A DNA stretch of 32,000 nt from Halorhodospira halophila SL1 (GCF_000015585.1 NC_008789.1:1800001-1832000); one strand, 5' to 3'; shown: positions 1 through 13,407, counted from the stretch's first letter. The notes: generated by a model from the letters alone, not told the origin. Numbers and translations are program-made.

Positions 1-16
1 CGGAAAGGATTGGCTT

Positions 17-577
17 ATGAAACGCAACGAAGAGATTATTGAAGCGCTACGAACCTACACCAATCGCCGGATCCCACTGCTCTGGGGCAGCGTTCTGGCG
101 ATCCTCCTGGTAGCGCACCTGGTCACTGCCTACCTGGTGGAGCAGTTCTGGAGCGAGCACCTTGCGGTCACCCCGTGGGTCGCCATCGCCGCGGTGCTGA
201 TCGGCATCAGTTTCTTCCTCTACGAGAAGATCGGCGGCAAACTCCGCGCCGCGGAGTTCGAGTTCCAGCGTACAGCCCTGGGTTATTGGGACTACGAGCG
301 CGGCTACCAGCAGTGCGAGGGCATCCGACAGGCGGCACTGCTGGGGTTTCTCGGCACCGCCATCCTCTACTGCGGGTTCGTCTTCGGCCAGGTGTGCGCC
401 ACTGCAGACGACGCCAGCCGCAAGGTGCTGACGGACCTCGCGCCAGGCAAGCAGATCGAGCTGCTGTCCAACCCCGAGCAGCTCACGGTCTTGGGCATCG
501 GCGCGGCACTGATCGTCGGCGCGCTGATCTGGATCCACCGGATCCGGGAGCAGATCCGCAGCGATCTGAGCGCCTGA
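17..577 (+). CDS. hypothetical integral membrane protein (about 4 hydrophobic segments)
   Basis: 186-aa ORF in track. AAGGA Shine-Dalgarno-like motif 7 nt upstream of the ATG. Hydrophobic stretches LLWGSVLAILLVAHLV, VAIAAVLIGISFFL, LLGFLGTAILYCGFVF, VLGIGAALIVGALIW. GC3-rich codons. No family recognised. Confidence 0.6.
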   Translation: MKRNEEIIEALRTYTNRRIPLLWGSVLAILLVAHLVTAYLVEQFWSEHLAVTPWVAIAAVLIGISFFLYEKIGGKLRAAEFEFQRTALGYWDYERGYQQCEGIRQAALLGFLGTAILYCGFVFGQVCATADDASRKVLTDLAPGKQIELLSNPEQLTVLGIGAALIVGALIWIHRIREQIRSDLSA

Positions 578-622
578 AGCGCTGGGCACCCCGGCCGGGC
601 GGGCGCCCAGCGCCCGGCCGGC
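578..622. terminator. GC-rich alternative hairpins in the convergent gap between the membrane protein gene and yheS (possible bidirectional terminator, no U-tract)
   Basis: GCGCTGGGC (579-587) pairs with GCCCAGCGC (605-613). Alternative stem: GCCGGGC (594-600) with GCCCGGC (612-618). No T-run on either strand, so function is uncertain. Confidence 0.3.
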
Positions 623-659
623 TTCACCGTCCCAACGACGCCGCCCGCACTCCTCTCGG

Positions 660-2588
660 CTACTGCCCCGCAGCCTGGGCTGCCTCCACCGCCTCCTCGG
701 CCTGGACCCACTGAACCTCCAGTGCATCACGCTCGCGCTGCAGACGGCCCTGCTCCTGTAGCAGTCCGGTCAGCTCCTCATGGTCTCCGCTGTAGAGCTC
801 CGTATCGGCGAGTTGCGCCTCCAGGCGCGCCAACGCCTGATCGCACGCCTCGATCTGCTCGAGCAGGTCCTGGGCGCGCTCACGCAGCGGCCTGAGCGCC
901 GCTCGCTGCTGAGCCTGGCGACGCCGCTCCGCCTTGCGGTGCTCCGCCGTACGGACGGGCTCGGACGCTGGGCCCTGCGTGACGTCACCACCGCCACGCC
1001 CACTCGCCCCCTCCGCTCGACGGCGCTCGACCAGCCAACGGTGGTAGTCATCCAGGTCACCGTCGAACTCACGAACGGCGCCATCGGCAACCAGCCAATA
1101 GCGCTCCACGGTCGCCGCCAACAGACTGCGGTCGTGGGACACCACCACCACCGCTCCCGCAAACCCCTGCAAGGCCCGGGTGAGCGCATGACGCATCTCC
1201 AGATCCAGGTGGTTCGTCGGCTCATCGAGGAGCAACAGATTCGGTTGCTGCCAGACCAGCAGCGCCAACACCAGCCGGGCCTTCTCCCCACCGGAGAGCC
1301 GGGCGACCGGCTCGGTGGCCTGATCACCCATGAAGGCGAAACCACCCAGGAAATCGCGCAGCCGCTGCCGCGACGCCTCCGGCGCCAGGCGCTGGAGGTG
1401 CTCCAGGGGGCTGCTTGACAGGTCTAGCTGCTCAAGCTGGTGCTGGGCAAAGTAGCCGACCCGCAGACCCGACGCCTGCGCAAGCTCCCCAGCCAGCGGG
1501 ACCAAATCCCCAGCCAGGGCCCGCACCAGGGTCGACTTGCCGGCGCCATTGGGGCCCAGCAGGCCGACACGGTCCTCTTTCGCCAGACCTAGGGTAACGC
1601 CGCGGAGTACCGGATCCGTGGCATAACCCAGGTCCACCCGATCCAGGGTCATCAGCGGGTTGGCGACCGCAGGCGAGCCGGTAAAGTCGAACTGAAAGGG
1701 TGAGTCTGCATGCGCCGGGGCGACCCGCTCCATGCGCTCAAGCGCCTTGATCCGGCTCTGCGCCGCCCGGGCCTTGCTCGCCTTCGCCCGGAACCGATCG
1801 ATGAACCGCTGCATGTGCGCGATCTCGCGCTGCTGCTTCTCGTAGAGTGCCTGCTGCCGGGCCAGGCGCTCTGCACGCTGGCGCTCGAAATCGCTGTAGC
1901 CACCCCTATAGAGGGTCAGTTGCCGCTGCTCGATGTGCAGCACTTCGTCGACGACTCGGTCGAGCAACACCCGGTCGTGGGAGATCACCAACAGGGTGCC
2001 GGCGTAGCCCCGCAGCCACTGCTCCAGCCAGAGGACGGCCTCGAGATCGAGGTGGTTGGTCGGCTCGTCCAGCAGCAACAGATCCGATGGCGTCATCAAC
2101 GCCTGAGCCAGACTGAGACGCACCCGCCAACCACCGGAGAATGCCGACACCGGCCGCCGGGAGTCGGCGGGCTCAAACCCCAGGCCGTGCAGCAGCTCCT
2201 CGGCCCGCGCCGGCGCGCTGTACCCGTCCGCGGCCTCAAACCGGGCGTGGGCGGAGGCGATCCGATGCCCATCCCCGGACCGCTCCGCGGCCGCCACTTC
2301 CTGTTCGGCCGCCCGCAGGGCGCCATCGCCATCGAGGACAAAGTCCAGCGCTGACTGCTCCAGGGCTGGCGTCTCCTGGGCCATCCAGGCAATCCGCCAG
2401 CCATCGGGCCACTCGGCCGCGCCACGATCGGTGGCCAGCTCGCCGCGGAGCAGGGCCAGGAGACTGCTCTTGCCCGAGCCGTTCGCACCGATCAGCCCGA
2501 CCTTGTGGCCCGGATAGATGGTCGCGCTCGCCCCCTCCAAGAGGGGATCAGCACCACGCCGCAGGGTGATATCGTTGAAATGAATCAT
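660..2588 (-). CDS. yheS: ABC-F family ATPase (two ABC domains, C-terminal coiled coil), YheS-like
   Basis: Collinear over its full length with recalled E. coli YheS (MIVFSSLQIRRG... versus MIHFNDITLRRG...). Two Walker A motifs (GANGSGKSS, GPNGAGKST) and two LSGG signatures. I prefer the ATG at 2588 (GGTGG SD-like motif upstream, matches the E. coli N-terminus) to the track start at 2597. Confidence 0.9.
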   Translation of the reverse strand: MIHFNDITLRRGADPLLEGASATIYPGHKVGLIGANGSGKSSLLALLRGELATDRGAAEWPDGWRIAWMAQETPALEQSALDFVLDGDGALRAAEQEVAAAERSGDGHRIASAHARFEAADGYSAPARAEELLHGLGFEPADSRRPVSAFSGGWRVRLSLAQALMTPSDLLLLDEPTNHLDLEAVLWLEQWLRGYAGTLLVISHDRVLLDRVVDEVLHIEQRQLTLYRGGYSDFERQRAERLARQQALYEKQQREIAHMQRFIDRFRAKASKARAAQSRIKALERMERVAPAHADSPFQFDFTGSPAVANPLMTLDRVDLGYATDPVLRGVTLGLAKEDRVGLLGPNGAGKSTLVRALAGDLVPLAGELAQASGLRVGYFAQHQLEQLDLSSSPLEHLQRLAPEASRQRLRDFLGGFAFMGDQATEPVARLSGGEKARLVLALLVWQQPNLLLLDEPTNHLDLEMRHALTRALQGFAGAVVVVSHDRSLLAATVERYWLVADGAVREFDGDLDDYHRWLVERRRAEGASGRGGGDVTQGPASEPVRTAEHRKAERRRQAQQRAALRPLRERAQDLLEQIEACDQALARLEAQLADTELYSGDHEELTGLLQEQGRLQRERDALEVQWVQAEEAVEAAQAAGQ

Positions 2589-2651
2589 AGCCACCATCGT
2601 AACAACTGGGTCCGAGGGGACGGGCTCAACGCCAACGAAGAAGGGAGGGCC

Positions 2652-3527
2652 ATGGACCGCCTCGAACAGTTTCTGGATCGTGCCGAGCAGCTCCTCGAGC
2701 GCATTGAGCCGCTATTACCGCCCGGCGACCCGACCCCGGACTGGAATGCCGCCACGGCGTTCCGGTGGCGCCACCGCGCCGGCAGCGGATGGCTGGAACC
2801 CATCGGCGCCTCCCCGCAGGTGCCGTTCCAGCAGCTGCGCGGCATCGACCGCCAGAAGGAGACCCTCATCCGCAACACCCGGCAGCACCTGGCCGGACTG
2901 CCGGCGAACAATGCCCTGCTCTGGGGCGCCCGCGGCACCGGCAAGTCGTCACTGATCCAGGCCCTGCACACGGCCTACGCCGAGCAGGGACTGCGCCTGG
3001 TCGAGATCGAACCGGAGCACCTGATCGACCTGCCCGACCTGCTGTCGCTGCTTGCCCGGCGTCCCGAGCGGTTCATCGTCTTCTGCGACGACCTCTCCTT
3101 TGACGCCAGCGATCAACAGTACCGGGCACTCAAGGCCGTCCTAGACGGCTCCCTGACCAGTCGCACTGACAATGCCCTGCTCTACGCCACCTCCAACCGC
3201 CGCCACCTGATCCCCGAGCAGATGGCAGACAACCGGCAGGCCCACTTCAGCGAAGGCGAGCTGCATCACGGCGACGGCGTCGAAGAACGCATCTCGCTGT
3301 CCGAACGCTTCGGGATTCGCCTGTCGTTCCACCCCTTCGCCCAGGAGCGCTACCTGGAGATCGTGCGCGGCTGGATCGAGTATCTCGGTGGATCGGATGG
3401 CGACAGCGAGTCCGTCCGCCAGGCGGCGCTAGCCTTCGCCCTGGACCGGGGCTCGCGCAGCGGACGGGTGGCCTGGCAGTTCGCCCGGGACTGGGTCGGG
3501 CGGCAGGCGCTGGACGAGTCACTGTGA
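2652..3527 (+). CDS. DUF815-family AAA-type ATP-binding protein
   Basis: Walker A GARGTGKSS, Walker B-like FIVFCDDLSF, ATSNRRHL motif. AAGGGAGGG SD 2 nt upstream of the ATG at 2652. The track start at 2505 would overlap the divergent yheS and is rejected. Confidence 0.8.
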   Translation: MDRLEQFLDRAEQLLERIEPLLPPGDPTPDWNAATAFRWRHRAGSGWLEPIGASPQVPFQQLRGIDRQKETLIRNTRQHLAGLPANNALLWGARGTGKSSLIQALHTAYAEQGLRLVEIEPEHLIDLPDLLSLLARRPERFIVFCDDLSFDASDQQYRALKAVLDGSLTSRTDNALLYATSNRRHLIPEQMADNRQAHFSEGELHHGDGVEERISLSERFGIRLSFHPFAQERYLEIVRGWIEYLGGSDGDSESVRQAALAFALDRGSRSGRVAWQFARDWVGRQALDESL

Positions 3528-3534
3528 CGCACAC

Positions 3535-3562
3535 AAAAAAGCCCGGCCTTAGGCCGGGCTTT
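3535..3562. terminator. bidirectional rho-independent terminator (ends the DUF815 gene on + and the csrA/tRNA transcription unit on -)
   Basis: AAAAAA-GCCCGGCC-tta-GGCCGGGC-TTT. 8-bp GC stem (3541-3548 / 3552-3559). Six U follow the stem on the minus-strand transcript, three on the plus. Confidence 0.8.
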
Positions 3563-3568
3563 CGAGTC

Positions 3569-3645
3569 TGGCGCGCCGGGGAGGATTCGAACCCCCAACC
3601 TTCTGATCCGTAGTCAGATGCTCTATCCAGTTGAGCTACCGGCGC
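3569..3645 (-). tRNA. tRNA-Arg (anticodon ACG)
   Basis: Reverse complement reads GCGCCGGTAGCTCAACTGGATAGAGCATCTGACTACGGATCAGAAGGTTGGGGGTTCGAATCCTCCCCGGCGCGCCA. It has a 7-bp acceptor stem, anticodon loop CTACGGA, GGTTCGAATCC T-arm and encoded CCA. 77 nt. Confidence 0.93.
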
Positions 3646-3696
3646 TATAAAGCGCTTTATTTTGCCGTTTAACGCGTTTTGCGTCAACCCTTGTTC

Positions 3697-3786
3697 TGGC
3701 GGAGAGAGAGGGATTCGAACCCTCGAAGGGCTTTCGCCCTTACTCCCTTAGCAGGGGAGCGCCTTCAGCCACTCGGCCATCTCTCC
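3697..3786 (-). tRNA. tRNA-Ser (anticodon GCU), long variable arm
   Basis: Reverse complement reads GGAGAGATGGCCGAGTGGCTGAAGGCGCTCCCCTGCTAAGGGAG...GGGTTCGAATCCCTCTCTCTCCGCCA. Anticodon loop is CTGCTAA, with a class II variable arm and encoded CCA. Confidence 0.92.
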
Positions 3787-3836
3787 GTTAAGGTGCGTAC
3801 CTTAAGGGATAGACCCCCTCCGAGTAAACCCTCGAG

Positions 3837-4052
3837 CTACTGCGGATCCGCACCCTGCCCGGGCGCCGCCTCCGGGACGTCACCGTCCTTCTCATGCCGG
3901 ATCCGCTCATAGATCTCTTCGCGGTGCACGGAGACATCCCGCGGGGCATTCACGCCGATCCGTACCTGGTTACCCTTGACCCCGAGCACCGTGACACTGA
4001 CGTCGTCACCGATCATCAGCGTCTCGCCCACTCTCCTCGTGAGTATCAGCAT
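3837..4052 (-). CDS. csrA: carbon storage regulator CsrA/RsmA (RNA-binding translational regulator)
   Basis: [48 protein letters not shown] is the canonical CsrA sequence. AAGGAG SD upstream. The lysC-csrA-tRNA-Ser-tRNA-Arg order is conserved as in Pseudomonas. Confidence 0.95.
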   Translation of the reverse strand: MLILTRRVGETLMIGDDVSVTVLGVKGNQVRIGVNAPRDVSVHREEIYERIRHEKDGDVPEAAPGQGADPQ

Positions 4053-4177
4053 CGAACTTTACTCCTTGATTATGCCACCGCCACCGGCGCCTTTTGAGCG
4101 GGCGGCCGCTTCGCCCTTCGGAGCGACCCGACTCCTGAAGCACCCTCAGGCCTGATCCCCAAAGGGCGGAAACTGCG

Positions 4178-5428
4178 CTACTCGTCGGAGAGACCCTCAA
4201 GCTCGGCCACGGGCTGTACATCCAACTCGAAGGCCTTGTGCAAGGCGCGCACGCCAAGCTCCAAGTATTTCTCTTCGACAACCACCGAGATCTTAATCTC
4301 CGAAGTCGAGATCATTTGAATGTTGATCCCCTCGTTGGACAACGCACGGAACATGGTGTTCGCCACGCCGGCGTGGGAACGCATCCCGACCCCGACCAGG
4401 GAGAGCTTGACAATCTTGTCGTCGCCATAGACTTCCCGGGCTCCGAGTTGCTCAGCGTTGTCCCGGACCAGATCCAGGGTGGCCTGATAATCGCGCTTGT
4501 GGACCGTAAAGGTGAAATCCGTCAGCCCCTGCTGGCTGATGTTCTGGATGATCATGTCCACTTCGATGTTCGCCTCGGCAACCGCCCCGAGGATCTTGGC
4601 CGCGATCCCTGGCGTGTCCGGCACACCGATGACGGAGATCTTCGCCTCGTCGCGGTTGAACGCAATACCGGAAATCAGCGGCTCTTCCATTCCTTCTTCC
4701 TCGTAGGTGATGAGCGTTCCAGGCCCTTCTTCGAAGCTAGACAGCACCCGCAGGGGCACGCGGTACTTGCCGGCAAACTCTACCGCCCGGATCTGCAGGA
4801 CCTTGGAGCCCAGACTGGAGAGTTCCAGCATCTCGTCGACCGTTATACGGTCCAACCGCCTCGCCTCGGGTACGACGCGCGGGTCGGTGGTGTAGACCCC
4901 ATCCACGTCGGTATAAATCTGGCACTCGCTCGCTTCCAGTGCGGCTGCCAGCGCCACGGCCGTAGTATCGGAACCACCACGGCCCAGCGTGGTGAGCGCG
5001 CCTTCCTCGTCGACACCCTGAAAGCCCGCAACCACCACGACACGTCCCCGCTGCAGATCCTCTTGCAACGGCTCGGCATCGATATCGAGGATTCGCGCCC
5101 TGCTGAATGAACTATCGGTCAGAATCCGCACCTGCGCACCGGTGTAGCAGCGCGCGGGGCAATCGATCTGCTCCAGCGCCATCGTAAGCAGCGCGATGGT
5201 GACCTGCTCACCGGTGGACAACAGGACATCCACCTCGCGTGCTGGCGGATTTGGGTGAATCGACTCGGCAAGCTCAACCAGGCGATTGGTCTCGCCGCTC
5301 ATAGCGGAGACGACCACGACCACATCGTCTCCGGCCTCACGACTTGCCTTGACCTGCTCGGCCACTGCCTGGATGCGCTCGGTCGTCCCGACCGATGTCC
5401 CACCGAATTTTTTGACTACCAGCCCCAT
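4178..5428 (-). CDS. lysC: aspartate kinase (ACT-domain regulated)
   Basis: KFGGTSVG N-terminal motif, GRGGSDTTA, tandem ACT domains at the C-terminus. A GAGGA SD sits 6 nt upstream of the ATG at 5428 and directly abuts the track ATG at 5434, so 5428 is preferred. Confidence 0.9.
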   Translation of the reverse strand: MGLVVKKFGGTSVGTTERIQAVAEQVKASREAGDDVVVVVSAMSGETNRLVELAESIHPNPPAREVDVLLSTGEQVTIALLTMALEQIDCPARCYTGAQVRILTDSSFSRARILDIDAEPLQEDLQRGRVVVVAGFQGVDEEGALTTLGRGGSDTTAVALAAALEASECQIYTDVDGVYTTDPRVVPEARRLDRITVDEMLELSSLGSKVLQIRAVEFAGKYRVPLRVLSSFEEGPGTLITYEEEGMEEPLISGIAFNRDEAKISVIGVPDTPGIAAKILGAVAEANIEVDMIIQNISQQGLTDFTFTVHKRDYQATLDLVRDNAEQLGAREVYGDDKIVKLSLVGVGMRSHAGVANTMFRALSNEGINIQMISTSEIKISVVVEEKYLELGVRALHKAFELDVQPVAELEGLSDE

Positions 5429-5499
5429 GGGCATTCCTCAGCTAGCAGGGGCGTCTCAGCCTCCTATTGAAAGCATGCTAGGATGAGTATGAGACGCCA

Positions 5500-8091
<2,592 letters not shown>

Positions 8092-8095
8092 GTTC

Positions 8096-8581
8096 TCACC
8101 CATACGGGCCCCTTTCGTCGTCTTCGTCCGCGGCGGCCGCAGCCGCGCGCACCTGATCCGCTGTGAACCCTCGCCGCTGCAGGAATTGTGCCTGCCGCAG
8201 CGCCTCTCGCCGATCCGCCGGCACGCCCGCGCCGAAGCGGCGCTCACGGACCGCACGGGCCTGTGCCAGCCAGTCGACTTCGGCGTCCTCCAGTACCTCG
8301 TCGATCACTCCGTCCGCCACGCCGCGCTGACGCAGCTCCTGGGCGATGCGCACCGGTCCCTGGCCGCGCTCCACGCGACTGCGCACAAAGACCTCCGCGA
8401 ACCGCCCTTCATCCAGCAGCCCCTCCTCGGCCAGTGCCTCGAGCACCGGGTGCACATACCCGGGGTCGTGGCCACGCCGGGCCAGCTTCTGAGCCAGCTC
8501 ACGCCGCGTGTGCTCGCGCCGGGCCAACAAACGCAGGGCGGCATCACGTACCGCCTCGGATGCCGCCCCGGCCTCGCTCAT
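8096..8581 (-). CDS. recX: recombination regulator RecX
   Basis: 161 aa with helical-repeat sequence ([20 protein letters not shown]...), immediately downstream of recA. Its ATG overlaps the recA TGA (ATGA at 8578-8581). Confidence 0.85.
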
Positions 8582-9642
8582 GACCCCTTGCCGGACTTCT
8601 GCTCGGTGTCGGAGGCGGCATCCTCGGTCGGTTCGGCTTCCGGCAAGGCGGTACCCAAGACCTTCTCGCGGATGCGAGCCTCGATATCCGCGGCGATCTG
8701 CGGGTTGTTGCGCAGGAACTGCCGCGCATTGTCCTTACCCTGCCCGATCCGGTCCCCGTTGTAGCTGTACCAGGCACCGGATTTATCCACAAAGCCCTGG
8801 GCCACGCCCATATCGATGATCTCGCCCTCGCGGGAAATGCCCTCTCCGTAGAGGATCTCGAACTCCGCCTGCTTGAACGGCGGCGCCATCTTGTTCTTGA
8901 CCACCTTGACCCGGGTTTCGTTGCCGAGGACCTCGTCGCCCTTCTTGATGGCACCGAGGCGGCGGATGTCCATCCGCACCGAGGAGTAGAACTTCAGCGC
9001 ATTGCCGCCGGTGGTGGTCTCCGGACTGCCAAACATCACGCCGATCTTCATGCGGATCTGGTTGATGAACACCACCAGGGTATTGGAGCGCTGGATGCTG
9101 CCGGTGAGCTTGCGCAGCGCCTGGGACATCAGCCGCGCCTGCAGGCCAACGTGCGAATCACCCATCTCGCCCTCGATCTCGGCCTTGGGCGTCAGGGCAG
9201 CCACCGAGTCGACCACCACCACATCGAGCCCGCCCGAGCGGACGAGCATGTCGGCGATCTCCAGCGCCTGCTCGCCGGTATCCGGCTGGGAGACGAGCAG
9301 GTCGTTGATATCGACCCCGACCGCCTCGGCGTAATCCGGGTCCAGGGCGTGCTCGGCATCGACGAACGCCGCTGCCCCACCCGCCTTCTGCGCCTCGGCG
9401 ATGATGTGCAGGGTCAGGGTCGTCTTCCCGGACGACTCCGGCCCGTAGATCTCCACCACCCGTCCCCGCGGCAGGCCACCAATACCCAACGCCACGTCCA
9501 GGGCCAGGGACCCGGTGGAGATGCTCTTGACATCGCCACGTACGGCACGAGCATCGCCCATGCGCATCACGGCGCCCTTGCCAAACTGCTTCTCGATCTG
9601 TCCCAACGCGGCGCCAAGCGCCTTTTTGCGATCGTCGTCCAT
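8578..9642 (-). CDS. recA: recombinase RecA
   Basis: [30 protein letters not shown]..., Walker [19 protein letters not shown] upstream of the ATG at 9642. The track start at 9663 adds 7 unsupported residues. Confidence 0.97.
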
Positions 9643-9822
9643 TGCGGTTCCACCTCGTCGCATGATTGCCCTCTAATGACGGGCTCCGGCGCCTTTTCGA
9701 CCCGGTCTGCGTCCCTGCCACCGGCCCGCCGCCAAGCTCGCGGATTATTCCACAACCCAACCGAGTCTTTCACCCGGCACTGTCGAACGATTCTAACAGC
9801 CTGCGGGAAGAGCTTGCCGCCG

Positions 9823-10320
9823 TCACGCCCCCGGACAACGATCCAGTACCCCGTTCAGCGCCTCGGCCACGCTCGCCCGACGCACGGTATCCCGGTCGCC
9901 CGCGAACCGACACGGCCGCGCATCGACCCCGGCCGGCGACCCCCAGGCGATCCAGACCGTTCCCACCGGCTTGCTCACCGTGCCGCCGTCGGGACCGGCG
10001 ACACCGGTGATCGCCACACTGTGGGTCACCGGGGCGCGCCCCAGCACCCCCAAGGCCAGGGCCTCGGCCACCACCTGGCTGACTGCACCGTGTTCCTCGA
10101 TCAGCCGCTCCGGGACCCCGGCCAGGTCGCGCTTGGCTGCATTGCTATAGACCACCAGACCACGCTCAAACCAGTTCGACGCCCCGCCGCCATCGGTCAG
10201 GATCTTAGCGAGCAGGCCGCCCGTGCAAGACTCGGCCACGGCCAGGCTCAGCCCCCCCCGCTGCAGGGCCTCGCCAACCCTGAGCGCAGACTCTTGCAGT
10301 GACCGGTCGTCGTGTACCAT
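9823..10320 (-). CDS. pncC: nicotinamide-nucleotide amidohydrolase (CinA C-terminal domain family)
   Basis: 165 aa with [13 protein letters not shown] and the GVAGPDGG motif typical of PncC/YgaD. AGGGGGAG SD. Conserved position upstream of recA. Confidence 0.85.
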   Translation of the reverse strand: MVHDDRSLQESALRVGEALQRGGLSLAVAESCTGGLLAKILTDGGGASNWFERGLVVYSNAAKRDLAGVPERLIEEHGAVSQVVAEALALGVLGRAPVTHSVAITGVAGPDGGTVSKPVGTVWIAWGSPAGVDARPCRFAGDRDTVRRASVAEALNGVLDRCPGA

Positions 10321-10358
10321 ATCTCCCCCTCATTCAACGCGGCACCGGAACCACCCCC

Positions 10359-12965
10359 ATGGCAGCGACCCAAGAGGCTGAAACCGCCACCAATGGCGCC
10401 GGGCATACCCCGATGATGCGGCAGTTCCTGCGCATCAAGGCCGAGTACCCCGAGACCCTGCTGTTCTACCGGATGGGTGATTTCTACGAGCTATTCTATG
10501 AGGACGCCGAGCGTGCCGCGAAACTCCTCGACATCACCCTGACCACTCGAGGGGAGTCGGCGGGCGCGCCCATCCCCATGGCCGGTGTACCCGTCCAGTC
10601 GGTGGAAAGCTATCTGGCGCGGCTGGTCCGCCTCGGCGAATCGGTGGCCATCTGCGAGCAGATCGGTGACCCCAACACCACCAAGGGGCCCGTGGAGCGC
10701 CAGGTGGTCCGGGTGGTTACCCCCGGCACCCTGACCGAGGATGCGCTGCTCGAGGAGCGCAGCGCCAACCTGCTCACCGCTGTGGCTCCGGGGCCGAAAG
10801 GCCGTTTTGGTGTCGCCTCGCTGGAGCTCTCCTCGGGGCGTTTCTCCGTGCTCGAGGCCCCCGATCAGGAGGCCCTCACCGCAGAGCTCGAACGCCTGCG
10901 CCCCGCCGAACTGATCCTCCCGGATGACGACCAGACGCCCGCACCGGAAGGGGGGTGTGTGGCGCAGCGCCGCCCTTCGTGGCACTTCGAATACGATTCG
11001 GCCCGGCGCCTGCTCCTGCGCCAACTCGGCACCCACGACCTCTCCGGCTTCGGCGCCGAAGAGTTGCACGCCCCGGTCACCGCAGCCGGGGCGCTCCTGC
11101 AATATCTCAACGAGACCCAGCGGGCCGCGCTGCCGCATGTTGGCGCACTGACCGTCGAGTCGCGGGATGAGGCCATCACCATCGATGCCGCCAGCCGACG
11201 CAATCTGGAGATTGAACACAATCTCTCCGGCGGCACCGAACACACCCTGGCCTCGGTGATCGATACCAGCGTCACCGCCATGGGCGGCCGACTGCTGCGC
11301 CGCTGGCTACAGCGCCCCTTGCGCCGGCGCGAGACCATCGCCGCCCGCCATGCCGCGGTGGCCGCGCTGGCCGACGGCGCCTTCGCCGACGTCCGCAGCA
11401 CCCTGGAAGGCTGCGCCGATGTCGAACGCATCCTCGCCCGGGTCGCCCTCGGCACCGCCCGCCCGCGGGATCTGACCGGCCTGCGCGACGCCCTCGAGCG
11501 CCTGCCGCAGCTGCAGATCCTGCTCGGACAACTCAACAGCCACCGCCTGCAGGCACTGGGCGTCGAACTCGATGAGCACCCGCAAACCGTCGACCTGCTG
11601 CAGCGGGCGATCATCGATACCCCGCCCGCGACCGTGCGCGACGGTGGGGTCATCGCCGACGGCTTCGACGGCGAGCTCGACGAACTGCGCTCAATGTCGC
11701 GCAACGCCGACGACTACCTGGCCGCCCTGGAGGCCGAGGAGCGCGCAGCGACAGGGATCCCGACGCTCAAGGTGGGCTTCAACCGGGTCCACGGCTACTA
11801 CATTGAAGTCAGCCGCAGCCAGAGCGGCCATATGCCGGAACGCTACACGCGCCGCCAGACCCTGAAGGCCGCGGAGCGATTCATCACCCCGGAGCTCAAA
11901 CGCTTCGAGGAGCAGGTCCTCTCCGCGCGCGAGCGCGCCCTGGCCCGCGAGAAGGCCCTCTACGAGCAGCTCGTCGCCGACCTCGCCTCCGAACTGACCC
12001 CACTGCAGCGCAGCGCCTCAGCCCTGGCCGAGCTAGACGCCCTGGCCGCCTTTGCCGAACGGGCGCGCAGCCTCGACTACGTCCAGCCCGAGCTGGCCGA
12101 CACCCCTGGTGTGCGGATCGAGGGCGGTCGCCACCCCGTGGTCGAGCAGGCCCTGGACGCCCCCTTTGTGCCCAACGATGTGCGCCTGGACAACCGCCGG
12201 CGGATGCTCCTGATCACCGGGCCGAACATGGGGGGCAAATCGACGTACATGCGCCAGACCGCTCTGATTGCCCTCCTCGCCTACGCCGGCGCTTTCGTGC
12301 CGGCCCAGCGCGCAGTGCTCGGCCCCATCGACCGCATCTTCACGCGCATCGGGGCGGCCGACGACCTCGCCTCCGGCCGCTCCACCTTCATGGTGGAGAT
12401 GACCGAAACGGCCAACATCCTCCACAACGCCACCGCCGAGAGCCTGGTACTGATGGATGAAATCGGCCGGGGCACCAGCACCTTCGACGGCCTGGCCCTG
12501 GCCTGGGCCACCGCCGAGCGGCTGGCCACGCGCATCCGGGCCTTCACGCTGTTTGCCACCCACTACTTTGAGATGACCGCCCTCGAACAGATCCACCCCG
12601 GCGTGGTCAACGTCCACCTCGAGGCGGCGGAACATGGCGAACGCATCGTCTTCCTTCACGCCGTGCGCGATGGCCCCGCCAACCAGAGCTACGGCCTCCA
12701 GGTCGCCGCGCTGGCCGGTGTGCCGCAAGAGGTCCTCAAGGCCGCCCGGGAGAAGCTGCGCAGCCTGGAGTCCGGGGATGGCGGCGACACCGGCTCGGCA
12801 CAGCTGCCGCTGTTCGGCCCCGAGCCGGTGTTCCCGCCACCGGCGCAGCCGGAGCCCGAGCCCGACCCGATCCGTGAAGCGGTCGAAAACCTCGATCCCG
12901 ATGGGCTGACCCCGCGGGACGCCCTCGAGACCATCTATTGGCTCAAGGCACAGTGCAAGGAGTAG
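10359..12965 (+). CDS. mutS: DNA mismatch repair protein MutS
   Basis: [35 protein letters not shown] matches the MutS N-terminus. Walker [10 protein letters not shown]. The track GTG start at 10299 would overlap the divergent pncC. The ATG at 10359 gives an N-terminus of E. coli-like length. Confidence 0.93.
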   Translation: MAATQEAETATNGAGHTPMMRQFLRIKAEYPETLLFYRMGDFYELFYEDAERAAKLLDITLTTRGESAGAPIPMAGVPVQSVESYLARLVRLGESVAICEQIGDPNTTKGPVERQVVRVVTPGTLTEDALLEERSANLLTAVAPGPKGRFGVASLELSSGRFSVLEAPDQEALTAELERLRPAELILPDDDQTPAPEGGCVAQRRPSWHFEYDSARRLLLRQLGTHDLSGFGAEELHAPVTAAGALLQYLNETQRAALPHVGALTVESRDEAITIDAASRRNLEIEHNLSGGTEHTLASVIDTSVTAMGGRLLRRWLQRPLRRRETIAARHAAVAALADGAFADVRSTLEGCADVERILARVALGTARPRDLTGLRDALERLPQLQILLGQLNSHRLQALGVELDEHPQTVDLLQRAIIDTPPATVRDGGVIADGFDGELDELRSMSRNADDYLAALEAEERAATGIPTLKVGFNRVHGYYIEVSRSQSGHMPERYTRRQTLKAAERFITPELKRFEEQVLSARERALAREKALYEQLVADLASELTPLQRSASALAELDALAAFAERARSLDYVQPELADTPGVRIEGGRHPVVEQALDAPFVPNDVRLDNRRRMLLITGPNMGGKSTYMRQTALIALLAYAGAFVPAQRAVLGPIDRIFTRIGAADDLASGRSTFMVEMTETANILHNATAESLVLMDEIGRGTSTFDGLALAWATAERLATRIRAFTLFATHYFEMTALEQIHPGVVNVHLEAAEHGERIVFLHAVRDGPANQSYGLQVAALAGVPQEVLKAAREKLRSLESGDGGDTGSAQLPLFGPEPVFPPPAQPEPEPDPIREAVENLDPDGLTPRDALETIYWLKAQCKE

Positions 12966-13069
12966 GAGCGCGGTGCATGAGTCGTTAGAATGCTCGCCGC
13001 GGGTATGGTGCCCGGTTGGGCATCGTCACCTCCAGGTGAAGGACCTGAAACGGCAACGGAGCCAGTTAC

Positions 13070-13393
13070 ATGACCTACGTCGTCACCGAGAACTGCATCA
13101 AGTGCAAGTACACCGACTGCGTGGAGGTCTGCCCCGTGGACTGCTTCCACGAAGGGCCGAACTTCCTGGTCATCGACCCGGATGAGTGCATCGACTGCAC
13201 CCTCTGCGAGCCGGAGTGCCCGGCCGAGGCCATCTACTCCGAGGACGACCTGCCGCCGTCCATGGAGCACTTCCTCGAGCTCAACGCCGAGCTCGCCCAG
13301 AAGTGGCCACTCATCACCGAGAAGAAGGATCCGCCGCCGGACGCCGAGGAGTGGGACGGCAAGCCGGACAAGCTCCAGCACCTAGAGCGCTGA
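13070..13393 (+). CDS. fdxA: 7Fe ferredoxin (Azotobacter ferredoxin I type, [3Fe-4S][4Fe-4S])
   Basis: [26 protein letters not shown]...[12 protein letters not shown] cysteine pattern. 107 aa. GGAG SD. mutS-fdxA adjacency as in Pseudomonas. Confidence 0.93.
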   Translation: MTYVVTENCIKCKYTDCVEVCPVDCFHEGPNFLVIDPDECIDCTLCEPECPAEAIYSEDDLPPSMEHFLELNAELAQKWPLITEKKDPPPDAEEWDGKPDKLQHLER

Positions 13394-13407
13394 GCCTCCG
13401 GCAGATA

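Noticed and set aside
3535-3800. Possible genomic island or integration site at the tRNA-Ser/tRNA-Arg pair.
   Set aside because: No integrase, no duplicated tRNA 3' fragment and no compositional break. The tRNA-Arg 3' end is followed at once by a terminator and a conserved core gene, and the whole csrA-tRNA arrangement is ancestral synteny.
9780-9799. CTGT-CGAACGATTCTA-ACAG upstream of recA, resembling a LexA SOS box and containing a TAGAAT hexamer on the recA strand.
   Set aside because: The gammaproteobacterial LexA box is CTGT-N8-ACAG. Here the spacer is 12 nt and is not internally palindromic. The site lies about 140 nt upstream of the recA ATG, next to the pncC stop. I cannot support it as an SOS operator without knowing this lineage's LexA motif.
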